From Barthelona sp. PAP020 (Eukaryota): DNA of 32,023 nucleotides. Below the pieces are notes generated by a model. The model made no database searches and was not told the origin of the DNA. It saw nothing but the letters and a program-made list of their open reading frames with translations. Below, one piece after another: positions 1 through 10,504 of this stretch (its first letter is position 1; each line of letters opens with the position of its first letter). Where the stretch lies: the NCBI GenBank assembly GCA_040182905.1, contig JARQWU010000104.1, positions 1-32,023 of the forward strand, given 5' to 3'. A program made the translations under genes and the position numbers.

Positions 1-1
1 G

Positions 2-40
2 GAAGAGTTGAACAGAGAGAAAGAACAGTTCGTTGAATAG
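2..40 (+). CDS. Possible 3' end of an upstream gene running off the window edge (…EELNREKEQFVE*)
   Basis: Frame 2 reads GAA GAG TTG AAC AGA GAG AAA GAA CAG TTC GTT GAA TAG, then AT-rich non-coding sequence. Only 12 sense codons are visible, so this could be chance. Confidence 0.25.
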   Translation, partial: EELNREKEQFVE

Positions 41-402
41 AAATGATTAATTTTTAACTTTCATCGTTTTCACAATTTATTTTCGGGGTTTCATCAAAAT
101 TAACAGAGTTTGTTGTTTGATAATGATTTTTCATATTTGTTATGAGGATAAACTTACGTTTTTTTTTTCGTTTTGTTTTTTACAGCTTGTTGAAGAAACT
201 TTTCCTTTAATTTACAAATTTATGCAGAAGTCTTTCAACGAATAATTGTATTTCCAAGAGGAAAAGCAAAAGGATTTTTTTTTTTCCCAAATTCTCAACG
301 ATTTTTTTTCAATTATTTTGATAGTTATTGCACTAATCAATAAAAATAAAAAGGTTTTTTTGGCAGTCCTACGATTTTTTTTTCCTCAATTTTTTTTTTA
401 TC

Positions 403-3400
403 ATGAAGATAACATGTAGAGTTATTATTGTTTCTTTATTGCTTGCATTTTGTATTGCAGAAGATGCGATAAACCTTGATAAGAGAGTTTCTAAAGTCTT
501 TGGTGCTGGTGATTCCATAACTCCAAAAACATATTTATTTAAGTTGCCTGCCTTTGAAACTAACATCTTTTTATACTATATTCATGCAACTGAAGTTCCT
601 CATGCTCAAAACTTTGCGTCAATTAGTATTTTAGATGAGAATCAGGTTGAATTGTTCAAAGAAATTGGTATGAAACAATTTGAAACTTATTTTGGGTTTG
701 CAGGAACTTTTTCAAGTTCATTTGCAAAGTACATTTCTGTTACTGCTTCATTTAATGGGGGTGATTTGTTTGTTCTTGTAGATGATAATAATGTCATTGG
801 AAACACAAGTAAAATGGGTGTTTCTGCAATTCTAAAAGATGGTTTGTATGTGTATAGCAGTTATTTAGATCAAAATGTGATTAATTATGTTGGTAAATAT
901 ACATCACAGTCAAATATGTTAGGTGTTGTATCATGCACACATGATTCATGTGTGTCAATTAATTCTGATGGGGCTTTATATCCTTTTGTGAATGAATTCA
1001 AATTTTTCTTACCGATTATTCATGGAGATGAAGAAATTTCTTTAACTATTGATAGTTTTATACTGTTGGAAGAGGAACATGCTATTAATAGAACTGTTTC
1101 TTTGATTGATAGTGAATATATTTTTTTCAAGTATTCAGAAATGCCTCAAGATGGAATACTAAGCATAATTCAAGATGGTATAGGTGTTGTTGATCTTTAT
1201 TGCACTCAGGAGCCTTTTCTTGGAACACCAACCGGCGATGTTGTAAATATTCGTATGTTTAACAATCATATGTATGTATTGGAGCCTACTTCTACTGAAT
1301 ATTTTTTCCGACTTGGATTTTCAGGAGAAACTGCAGCTAACACTAGGTTTTTGGTGGAATCTCTCCCTATTCAGTATGTCTTTTCCAGTGATGGACAAAA
1401 ATCTTTTGAATTAAATGAGAATGATAGAACCATTGCTAAGAGTCTTATTAGTACTGCTGAATCTATCAGATTGTTTGATTTTGAGACCACTTCCAACTTT
1501 GATTTTGTTATACAGAAAGGTGGAGATCAATATCTCGTTAGTAACAAGTTAAAAGATGAAAGCAATCAATTTTTCTATGCTGAATTAGTTTATAATTTGG
1601 ATACTTATTTTGTCATGCATGGTGAAGGACAAGTGAAAATTACAGAATATATTGTTAACGAAAAAGCTTTCAGCAATCCTTTAATAATTGATAGCTCAGT
1701 ATATTCAACCTTTGTTTATCCTCAAGCTACTTTGGTGAAGTTTAATTCACCTGTTGCATTAATTCATGAACCATATGCAGTTTTTGTTGATGAAATTGTT
1801 GTTTTACCAGAATCAACCATTACTGCGTGTTTGATTACTGAAAAAGGAACAGAGAAAACGTACAGCATTCAAACTGAAGAATATGTTGTTGAAAATATCA
1901 AGTTAAATGAACCAATGAAGTTAAAATTGCCCTTCAATTTGTTCAATATGACTGAACCACAGGGAAAATGGAAAGTTACAGTGAATAGCACCAATGAATT
2001 CTACTTTGCCATGTATCATAATTGTGATTTGGAAAAGGTTGCTGATTGTTCTGTTTTCTATGGTATTGAAGCATTTTCTGAAACTTCTTTCTATTTATAT
2101 GGAGAAGAAACAGTTACTATCGATATCCGTGTTATTGAAACAGATATTACTGTTACCTTTGAAAAAGAAGAGGATTTCAGTATTCCTTTTGATCAAGATG
2201 TTGTTGTATTAACTGCATTTTCTTCCAGCAATTCTATCACTTTAGATGTAGATCCCAATGAGAATAATGTTTTAAGCGTTGATATTGAATGTCAAATTGA
2301 GTCAAATTTTACTTTTAACGATAATGCGAAAGAAGTTGAAATGGTGAAAGTTTCTTACATCACCGTAGCTGATAGTAAATTGAAGATTGACTTTACCGAA
2401 CCAAATGCATATTACATCAAGTCCAGACAGATTGAGTATGATTATTTATTGAAAGAAGGAGAAACCAATGTTATGAATAATGGTGACATTGGATTATTAG
2501 ATTGTAGTTCTTTTGACTGTCTTATCATATTTGAAAGAAAAGGAACTAAAGCTAAAATTGATATTGAATTGGAAGGAGAAGTAGTCTTTTCTAGTTCTAT
2601 GACTAATTTGTTTGAATTCCATGATTTATCAATGGTTGAACATTATTATTTTGTTAAATATATGGGTAATGGTGTTTTAGAATTCAATTTTAACGAGTTT
2701 AATATTCCAGAAGGATTAATTGAACCTCAAAATGAGTTAATTGAAGTAAAGACAGAATATAGATATCAAGCAGTTTTATTGAATGTTACTAGATCTAATT
2801 TAATTGTTGAATTGACCAATAATTATTATTTAAGTGTCAATGAAATGTTTTATTCTGCTGAAAATCAAGTTGTGTTTTTTGATTTTGAAAATAAAGTTGT
2901 TCCTTTATTGATTAATAACACAGAACAATTGAATGTATTCAAATTAAATTTTTCTGTTGGTATCATACCTGAATTACACCCAGAAAGTTATGAATATTCA
3001 GTTTTTGTTCCTTATTCGACAATGTTTTCTTTTGATTTGGATTTGTTAACCTGTAAGAATCATTCGATTATTATTTATGATAAGAATGGTCAAAAATTAA
3101 ATGGTTATGCTTCTGAAGGTGGAATTCCCAACTATATCAATCATCATCGTAAATATGAAGATGTTTCTGAACTTAGATTTGATTATATCAGTGTTAGTTC
3201 AAAGATCTATTTCAGTCTATGGACAAAAGAAACAATTAAGTATGATTTGGCTTGGAAATATGAAGACGATTATGTCGAATTACAATATATTAAGGATAGC
3301 TTTTTTGCTGATTCTAATGAAGGGGCTAAATGTGTTTACATTGAAAAACTTGATGAAGAAATGATATTAGATTTTGATCTATCAGGCGTTTCTCATTTAA

Positions 3401-6400
3401 TTGTACGTAGCCCTGTCTTTACTTCAATTGATATGACTGTGGTTGATTTACATTTTGAATTTGAGATTCAAACAGACTTATTTGCCTGTGTCTATCCATA
3501 TTCTGGTCAATATTCTTATTATACCATCAAATATCTTCCTAAAAATCGTATCAAATTTGGTTATGACAAGGATAAAAAGAAATTTGATCACGATTTCACT
3601 GTTGATTTATATCGTACCCTTCCTATATTTATTGAGAGTGGTAATTGGTATGATAAGGTGTTAATTGTTAATGCTGGTGCCAAATCTGAGTTACAAATCC
3701 AATGGGAAAGTGATGCAGTTATTAACATTGGAAAGGGTTTAAATTCGATTCAGTGGATGACAAATACAGAAGGTGGTGTTTTGTATATAACTTGTGTTGA
3801 ACAAAATGAAGCAAATTGTGATGTTAATATTATTGGTTTAGAACCACTGTATTCACCAGATATTGTTGGTAACGTTACAGATGTTGAAGCAGAAAACAGT
3901 TATAATTTTGAATTCCAGTTGAAAAATATTGGCACCAAAGCCCTTGTTCAAATGGAATTTACCAGTGATGTTGAAATGCTTTTATTTGATGAAAAATATC
4001 AAAGCATATACCTTTCAGAAGGAAGAATATTTGATATATCCTCTTGTGAAGAAGCTAAACGTCAAGTTGTATTTATCCCAACGAAATCTCAAAAGATGAA
4101 TATATCAATAGTGACTATGGACCTTCCAATGTTTGAAGAACACGTTCAGGTAAACGTTGAATTGGGAAAGAATCGTTTCTTTAGACAACCTTCTTCAACT
4201 TATGACATTACTCTTTTATTAGCTATGAGCACAACCAATAATGGTTATGTGTATGTTTCTGATAAAGGTTTACCTCATTCAAGTTGTACAAGTATTGAAG
4301 GAACACAACATTATTTTGATGACCATTTTGATAGCTTCTTAGCATTTGCACTACCTGCTACTGAGCAATTGTTTTTGAATTTTGAAAGTCTTGGTTATTC
4401 TAGCTTATTAACAATAAAAGCTTTTTTTATCCCAAGAGAAGCCGATATTCATGTTGCTTCTTATATCCATGATGGGTTAGCTGTGAATTATGATGTGATT
4501 AGAACCTTTGAACTTGTTAAAGAAGCTGTCTCATACGCTATAGATATTTTTTCTTCTGATGAAGTGGAAATTACTTTGACGAATCCCAACTCAAATTTCG
4601 AGTCATTCACAGTTATTGGTCATAGAGTTTATAAGCTTGATGCGGTCGGTTCTTACAAGATGAAGATGCTTTCTGAACATCAAAATGAGATTACCTACGG
4701 GGTAATTCCCATGACAGAACTGAATATTGGAGAAACTTCATCTCTTACTGTCTTGCCATTTGAAACCAATCTTGTGCTAATTCATCATGAGGAAATCAAT
4801 TCTCAATCTCATGTTATTATCACAACACATGGTGAAAAAGTAACGTTAAAAGTATACAAGTTCGGTATACCAGAAGAGGTTATAGTTGGTTCTTATTCTA
4901 ATTATGTTTTTGATAGTAGTGAGCCTTTGACCTATTTTACAGTATCTTGTGCTATTGTTGGAACATGTTCAATTGGTATTGAATCTTTTGATATTATTAA
5001 CGAATACTTATTTATCAATGAACCATTAGAATATAAGAGTAAAGGACATGTTGTATCGTATAAACTTGATTTGAAGAATATTGCTGTTGATTCCAAGTTA
5101 TATCCTATCCATGTGATTTTTACTACTGCTGTTGAGGCTTATTTTGTGTTAAATGATACAAAGTTTGCTTTTACAGACAATATTTTATTACCTACACTTA
5201 ATTCTCATGATTCTAATTATACCAATGCCCATATAGAGTTTGTTACTGAAAAAGACATTTCCGTTCTGGTTAAATATGATTCACATCATGATATGACTGT
5301 TGGAGATGTCTCAGAAATTAACTTTATTGATAATATATTATATTTCCGTGTTGATATTAGTGATATTAGTCAAGCTTCTGTTGAAGTTCTTCTTGATACG
5401 TATTATGACAGTTCCTCAGCAAGAGGATATGGTGTATTTTTTTCCATGTTTAATTATCCTTCATATTTGGGTTCATATTCCTGGGTCAATTTTGAAAAGA
5501 CACAAACTTTGATTTTGCCAATTGAAAACAACTCAGCAAAATATGTATACTTTACTTTGGAAAAAATTATCGATATTGATTGTTCAGGTTTCAATGTATC
5601 AATTTTGAAATCCAATTTATGGTCTGAAGTAAAATTAGGTGAAACTAAACATGTCGAAATAACCAAAGATATTCGTCCTCATTATTTGGTTAATCTTGGA
5701 AATGCCAAAAATGACAAAATTGTTTTCCATAGTGAATGTCATGGAATTGATGTAGAAATTATCACTCATTCAACTACAGAAGGTGATCAAGGTCATAATT
5801 ATGCTTGTAATGGCATATTAAAATTGTCTTTTGAAGGAAACATTGATTCGATGAAATTAATTTTCACAGCAACAACTGATGAGGCTGATGCTATTTTATT
5901 TTTTGTTGATCGTCTCATCAACACTGATTATGGTGTTAAAACCGATATTGTTCTTGGTAAAAAAGAGTATCTCATTGTTGAATTACCTTCAGTAGAAACG
6001 AGTCTTGATGGTATTACTGTTCAGCTAAAAGATAGCATTGACGGTGCCTTAAAAATCGATTTAAGTAGTGATTTCAATGTTTTCAGTAGATCAGCTTATT
6101 CTACTGTTTACAATGATAGAGTCAGTTATATTTCCTTTTATAATGAGGGTGAAAAGACTTATTTGTTATTAAATGCTTTTAATGAAGCTTTTAATGGTTC
6201 TTTATGTGTGTATCCTTCTAATGAGACTTCTATTACTTTCAATGTTGATGAAGAAACTCAAATTTTCTTTAAAAGTCAGAGTAATTTCGTTCCTGTTTTT
6301 AAAATAGATTATAAACCTCTTGCATTGGATCAACATCGTTATCTAACAATGAAAAGCAAGCATGAGTTTGTTATTTCATCAGCAAAGTTATATTTTGCTA

Positions 6401-9400
6401 ATCCTGTACATATTCCACATTGTACAACGGACAATGTTGACATTATGTACATTTCTGGTGAATTATCAGAAGAGATAGTGATTGCTTCTGGTATAGCTGA
6501 GCCTAAAACACTTGTTAATGACTCTAAAGTCACTTTATACCCATTTGAAACCTACTACAAGATGGAAACAGATCCAGATAAGGCTGTAACTTTTTCTTTT
6601 GAATGTAACGAAAATGTTGCTGTTTTAATTGGCCACACACCTTCCCCTACGATGTACCCTTCTGCTGATGGACTTTGTGGTAGTAGCTATGATGAAATCT
6701 ATAGTTTAGAAGCAAATGTCAAACAGGATATCACTGTTGTGTCTTCAACAAATGGTGAATTGTTCATTACTTTTTCCTTCATTTCTACTGCTCTTGTTGA
6801 AAGTAATGTTCATCCTGAATTGAGTGTGAGTTATCAGTTGAAAGAAGTATCCAAAGAGATATTATTCAATGAATGGATGTCTTTCAATTTAAAAGACCAT
6901 GATTACATGATATTGACATCAAACGAAGAGTATAGTTGGATAATAGAGGTGAACACGACTAAAAGAGTTGTTTTTAGATTCAGTACCAAAAATGGTGAAG
7001 AAAATCAAATTTCTGCTACTGCCACAACTGTATTATTAATGACAGACTTATCAAAACATATCATAATGACCACTGAGAGTTATGAAACCTTTGAAATGAA
7101 AGTTCGATTCAATCCTGTGATGCATGTGCATAATGCTTCACAAGTTGATTACTCTGAATTCATTGAGACAAAGTTAGATTTATTAATTGTTGGTTCACCA
7201 AATGCTTATTTAAGATACCGTTTTGATGGAATAGATTCGAAAACGATTGAAGTGTTAGTTGCTGATGAAAATTGGAAAACTTTGAAAGACGCTGTTGCAA
7301 TCAACAGTCCTTTACCTACTTATGGAGGTAATGTCTTTTATTTTATCAGATTCAACGTTAAACCTAGTAATATAGAGCAAAATTTGATCAAAGGATATGT
7401 GAAAATGATTTATCCAACTGAGATACGTTTGGAAGATCCACATTCTATTGTGACTTCGCCTCATTTGGGAGGTATCGCCAAGTTGGTTAAGTTTAACGAT
7501 TTTGTTGTTTTACAACCCAAAGATATCAACGTCAAGTACAATGTTTTTGACAGTAATAGAAGACAAACGATAAGTCCGATTGATGATATCACCAAGATTT
7601 GCATACTTTCAAACATTGAAGCTAATGACGTTTTTTATGTTGACATTTATGACATTCAAGCAACCACCTTTAATTTCTCTCTATCGACAGACCTATTCTA
7701 TTTAGGTCTAAACAAACATATTTCTATCAGTAGTGCCAAAAAGGTTCTACCGTTCAGGATTAATTTAGCATCGATCCCTGCTGGAATCTTGTTGAATAAT
7801 GTCAATTTGACATTGACTGATGCTGAAAAGAACGTTTTAGAAGGAAAGCTATTCTTTTCCAATACATCTGTGGCTAGTGCTAATGACAAGACATTAGATC
7901 TTAAGTCTTTTTCTCTGTTTACCCTTGACCATTTGACCACATATTTTTCAACGTTTGAGACATTATACGTGACATTGTACATTCCTAAATCTTCTTCAAT
8001 ATTGATTCAAATGCAATCGAACGTTGATTTTAAAAAGGAAGCAGATATTGGTAGTCCAGTTGTTGAAAAAGTTACAGAAGATATGGATGATCGTATCTTG
8101 TTAAACGTCCCTGCTAATCACGGTCCAATTACTGAATTAGAATCAATCAAAGTAAGTGTTAAAGTTGATGAGAACGTTCTTGCCAAATATAAATTGAAAA
8201 TCGAATTATATGTCATGTCGTTGAAGCCTTTTGTTAAAGAAGTTTATGAATCAGTTACAACATTCCTTGTAAAGAATACAGATGGATTACAGATTCGTAT
8301 TTACACTGTTCCATCAAACGATTTGAATGATGTTGGAACTGACGAGTTCACTTATTCAATTTCTTCTGAAATTGTTACCAATAAACATGTCGAATGGGAA
8401 AACATTGATGGAAAGAGTCTTACAACTGGCAGTATGGAAAAAGATACTTCTGTTGTTTTTGAAAGTACTGTACCTGCTTCTTCAATCCCATATTTATTGA
8501 ACATGATCACATCCACCAATGTTGATGCACATATTGTTATATCTCTTTCTAATGAGCCTATTTTGGAAATTGACAGTAAGTTCTGTCCTATCTTATTGGA
8601 AACCTGTGATCTACCCTCTTATTCACAACAACAAACAATTTTATTAGAGGTCACTGCTCTTGAATATATCAATGATTTTGTTATTGAATTGACAAAGATT
8701 GATCCATATAATTTGACTGGAATTAACTTGAATGACCTTCATTTTACTGTTCAAAATGTTGCTCCTAAAGTATTTTTGATTGATGTTACAAACAAGTACC
8801 ATCGTTTGTTTGTTAGTGTGAGCACCAATGATATTGAATTGATTATGTCTACCAAAACTATTCCATCAAAGAATTGTATTCATACAATTGATAGAAATGA
8901 AACTTTTTCGGTAAACGAGTATCCAAGTATCATAAATCTTGAATTGGGCTTGAACTATATTACGATCTACGCCAAATACGGCAGCAATGTTCATTTTGAT
9001 TATGAAAACATGTATCTTGGTGAAATAAGCAATATTGTTACAGATTTTGCGTTGTCACCATACGGATACGGGGTTATTCATTTGAATAGCTATGCTAATT
9101 ATCTACCTTTAACTTTTATCAGTACTTATGGCTTTTCAATCAATGGTTTCTCTTCCACCTACACTGAAAATAAAAAATATATGCTTATCTTACCCTTCAG
9201 TTGTCTTGAAAGTTCAGGACTTGATGTTGTCATTGTTTCAAAGAAAGGTCAAAATGACATGCTTGCTGTGAAACCTTCTGGGTATACTCTTAGTGTTGAT
9301 ACTCCTTTAACCTTATTGTGGGATATGAACACTTTAATTATTGGCCTAAATGTTGATGTAGCGTCTTATACAATTGATTTTTCAAAGCCAACATTGTTTA

Positions 9401-9792
9401 CTGTGGTTAATGATTCAGCTGTTTGCAATGTTTTGACTTTCAATCACGATTCTTTGATTGCAGGATCAGAATTGGCAAAAATTGGAAACCCAGTCATTGT
9501 TTTGAATAAACCTCAACCAAATACCGTTATCACTTTAAAAAAGATTGACAATCCCAGTGACCCAAATAATGGTCCAAACAATATCATTTTCATTGTAGCT
9601 GGAATTTGTCTGATTTGTGCTGGTGTAAGTATTTTCTTGTGTTTGAAGAAGAAAAAGACAGAAAAGGAGAGTATTTATTCCGATGGTAATTTGATGGTTC
9701 TTGACGATGAGGCTGATAATGGTTTTGATTTCCAAAAGGGTGATTTTGTTAAATTGGATGACAAAGATGATAATTTTGCCTTTGACATTTAA
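403..9792 (+). CDS. Giant (3129 aa) single-pass type I membrane/surface protein with a beta-rich multi-domain ectodomain; function unknown
   Basis: Uninterrupted 9.4 kb ORF. N-terminal signal peptide (MKITCRVIIVSLLLAFCIA). One C-terminal hydrophobic helix IIFIVAGICLICAGVSIFLCL (9583-9645) followed by KKKK and a short acidic tail. Many NxS/T sequons. T-tract directly upstream of the ATG. Confidence 0.9.
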   Translation: MKITCRVIIVSLLLAFCIAEDAINLDKRVSKVFGAGDSITPKTYLFKLPAFETNIFLYYIHATEVPHAQNFASISILDENQVELFKEIGMKQFETYFGFAGTFSSSFAKYISVTASFNGGDLFVLVDDNNVIGNTSKMGVSAILKDGLYVYSSYLDQNVINYVGKYTSQSNMLGVVSCTHDSCVSINSDGALYPFVNEFKFFLPIIHGDEEISLTIDSFILLEEEHAINRTVSLIDSEYIFFKYSEMPQDGILSIIQDGIGVVDLYCTQEPFLGTPTGDVVNIRMFNNHMYVLEPTSTEYFFRLGFSGETAANTRFLVESLPIQYVFSSDGQKSFELNENDRTIAKSLISTAESIRLFDFETTSNFDFVIQKGGDQYLVSNKLKDESNQFFYAELVYNLDTYFVMHGEGQVKITEYIVNEKAFSNPLIIDSSVYSTFVYPQATLVKFNSPVALIHEPYAVFVDEIVVLPESTITACLITEKGTEKTYSIQTEEYVVENIKLNEPMKLKLPFNLFNMTEPQGKWKVTVNSTNEFYFAMYHNCDLEKVADCSVFYGIEAFSETSFYLYGEETVTIDIRVIETDITVTFEKEEDFSIPFDQDVVVLTAFSSSNSITLDVDPNENNVLSVDIECQIESNFTFNDNAKEVEMVKVSYITVADSKLKIDFTEPNAYYIKSRQIEYDYLLKEGETNVMNNGDIGLLDCSSFDCLIIFERKGTKAKIDIELEGEVVFSSSMTNLFEFHDLSMVEHYYFVKYMGNGVLEFNFNEFNIPEGLIEPQNELIEVKTEYRYQAVLLNVTRSNLIVELTNNYYLSVNEMFYSAENQVVFFDFENKVVPLLINNTEQLNVFKLNFSVGIIPELHPESYEYSVFVPYSTMFSFDLDLLTCKNHSIIIYDKNGQKLNGYASEGGIPNYINHHRKYEDVSELRFDYISVSSKIYFSLWTKETIKYDLAWKYEDDYVELQYIKDSFFADSNEGAKCVYIEKLDEEMILDFDLSGVSHLIVRSPVFTSIDMTVVDLHFEFEIQTDLFACVYPYSGQYSYYTIKYLPKNRIKFGYDKDKKKFDHDFTVDLYRTLPIFIESGNWYDKVLIVNAGAKSELQIQWESDAVINIGKGLNSIQWMTNTEGGVLYITCVEQNEANCDVNIIGLEPLYSPDIVGNVTDVEAENSYNFEFQLKNIGTKALVQMEFTSDVEMLLFDEKYQSIYLSEGRIFDISSCEEAKRQVVFIPTKSQKMNISIVTMDLPMFEEHVQVNVELGKNRFFRQPSSTYDITLLLAMSTTNNGYVYVSDKGLPHSSCTSIEGTQHYFDDHFDSFLAFALPATEQLFLNFESLGYSSLLTIKAFFIPREADIHVASYIHDGLAVNYDVIRTFELVKEAVSYAIDIFSSDEVEITLTNPNSNFESFTVIGHRVYKLDAVGSYKMKMLSEHQNEITYGVIPMTELNIGETSSLTVLPFETNLVLIHHEEINSQSHVIITTHGEKVTLKVYKFGIPEEVIVGSYSNYVFDSSEPLTYFTVSCAIVGTCSIGIESFDIINEYLFINEPLEYKSKGHVVSYKLDLKNIAVDSKLYPIHVIFTTAVEAYFVLNDTKFAFTDNILLPTLNSHDSNYTNAHIEFVTEKDISVLVKYDSHHDMTVGDVSEINFIDNILYFRVDISDISQASVEVLLDTYYDSSSARGYGVFFSMFNYPSYLGSYSWVNFEKTQTLILPIENNSAKYVYFTLEKIIDIDCSGFNVSILKSNLWSEVKLGETKHVEITKDIRPHYLVNLGNAKNDKIVFHSECHGIDVEIITHSTTEGDQGHNYACNGILKLSFEGNIDSMKLIFTATTDEADAILFFVDRLINTDYGVKTDIVLGKKEYLIVELPSVETSLDGITVQLKDSIDGALKIDLSSDFNVFSRSAYSTVYNDRVSYISFYNEGEKTYLLLNAFNEAFNGSLCVYPSNETSITFNVDEETQIFFKSQSNFVPVFKIDYKPLALDQHRYLTMKSKHEFVISSAKLYFANPVHIPHCTTDNVDIMYISGELSEEIVIASGIAEPKTLVNDSKVTLYPFETYYKMETDPDKAVTFSFECNENVAVLIGHTPSPTMYPSADGLCGSSYDEIYSLEANVKQDITVVSSTNGELFITFSFISTALVESNVHPELSVSYQLKEVSKEILFNEWMSFNLKDHDYMILTSNEEYSWIIEVNTTKRVVFRFSTKNGEENQISATATTVLLMTDLSKHIIMTTESYETFEMKVRFNPVMHVHNASQVDYSEFIETKLDLLIVGSPNAYLRYRFDGIDSKTIEVLVADENWKTLKDAVAINSPLPTYGGNVFYFIRFNVKPSNIEQNLIKGYVKMIYPTEIRLEDPHSIVTSPHLGGIAKLVKFNDFVVLQPKDINVKYNVFDSNRRQTISPIDDITKICILSNIEANDVFYVDIYDIQATTFNFSLSTDLFYLGLNKHISISSAKKVLPFRINLASIPAGILLNNVNLTLTDAEKNVLEGKLFFSNTSVASANDKTLDLKSFSLFTLDHLTTYFSTFETLYVTLYIPKSSSILIQMQSNVDFKKEADIGSPVVEKVTEDMDDRILLNVPANHGPITELESIKVSVKVDENVLAKYKLKIELYVMSLKPFVKEVYESVTTFLVKNTDGLQIRIYTVPSNDLNDVGTDEFTYSISSEIVTNKHVEWENIDGKSLTTGSMEKDTSVVFESTVPASSIPYLLNMITSTNVDAHIVISLSNEPILEIDSKFCPILLETCDLPSYSQQQTILLEVTALEYINDFVIELTKIDPYNLTGINLNDLHFTVQNVAPKVFLIDVTNKYHRLFVSVSTNDIELIMSTKTIPSKNCIHTIDRNETFSVNEYPSIINLELGLNYITIYAKYGSNVHFDYENMYLGEISNIVTDFALSPYGYGVIHLNSYANYLPLTFISTYGFSINGFSSTYTENKKYMLILPFSCLESSGLDVVIVSKKGQNDMLAVKPSGYTLSVDTPLTLLWDMNTLIIGLNVDVASYTIDFSKPTLFTVVNDSAVCNVLTFNHDSLIAGSELAKIGNPVIVLNKPQPNTVITLKKIDNPSDPNNGPNNIIFIVAGICLICAGVSIFLCLKKKKTEKESIYSDGNLMVLDDEADNGFDFQKGDFVKLDDKDDNFAFDI

Positions 9793-10504
9793 GTTTGTCC
9801 TTCAACTTTATAAATATTTGTAATTTTATTTTTCCTTTGTTTTATCTTTTTCCAAAACTTTTTAAACTTGAGTGGGCCACTCGATTGTATCCACAAATGT
9901 CTGGTCCTGATGTCGAGGGCTCCTCAGGTTATTAGTCAATGATAAGCCTTTATCTTTATTCATATCGATGACCCAGGGTTTTTTTTTTTTCAGGAAGCAC
10001 TCAGTCTTGACACTTTAATTTCATGAGCTGTTCACTAGAGAAGCTGTTCTACACAGCAGGGGAACTATTATGGTACCAAATGTTCAAAAGTACCAGAAGG
10101 CTTGATCTTCTTGAATTTGATCTTAATTGTCCAAGATTTCTTGCAGTTCATTTGTAAATAGTCAAAAATTTTGAAGTGAGTGACAATAACTTGTGGTTTT
10201 TAAGGGTTTAAAAAAAAGAAAGTAAATACAGAAAAATAAACAACTCTTTTTTGTTTTTGTTTTCTCATTAAAACAGTGCTTCTTAAGTTGAAAATATGTC
10301 ATTCAATTTTTGAAGCATCATCATAATTTTTCGTATGGCATCCAAAAAGAAACAACAAGAATTACCAACTCATCTACATCAATAAAAGACTATTGCATTT
10401 ATAAACAACATAACCACACACTAATTGACATGATTGAACGCTCTTAAATGTTTATTCCAACAAAAGATTCATAAGAGCATAAATGAGAGACATATCACAC
10501 ACTA

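Noticed and set aside
369..9735. Short ORFs (60-94 aa) overlapping the giant gene on either strand
   Set aside because: Shadow or alternative-frame ORFs inside a strongly supported CDS, with no motifs.
9900..9975. Hammerhead ribozyme or box C/D snoRNA suggested by CTGATG
   Set aside because: The core is CTGATGT rather than CUGANGA, there is no partner GAAA, and no properly arranged C and D boxes.
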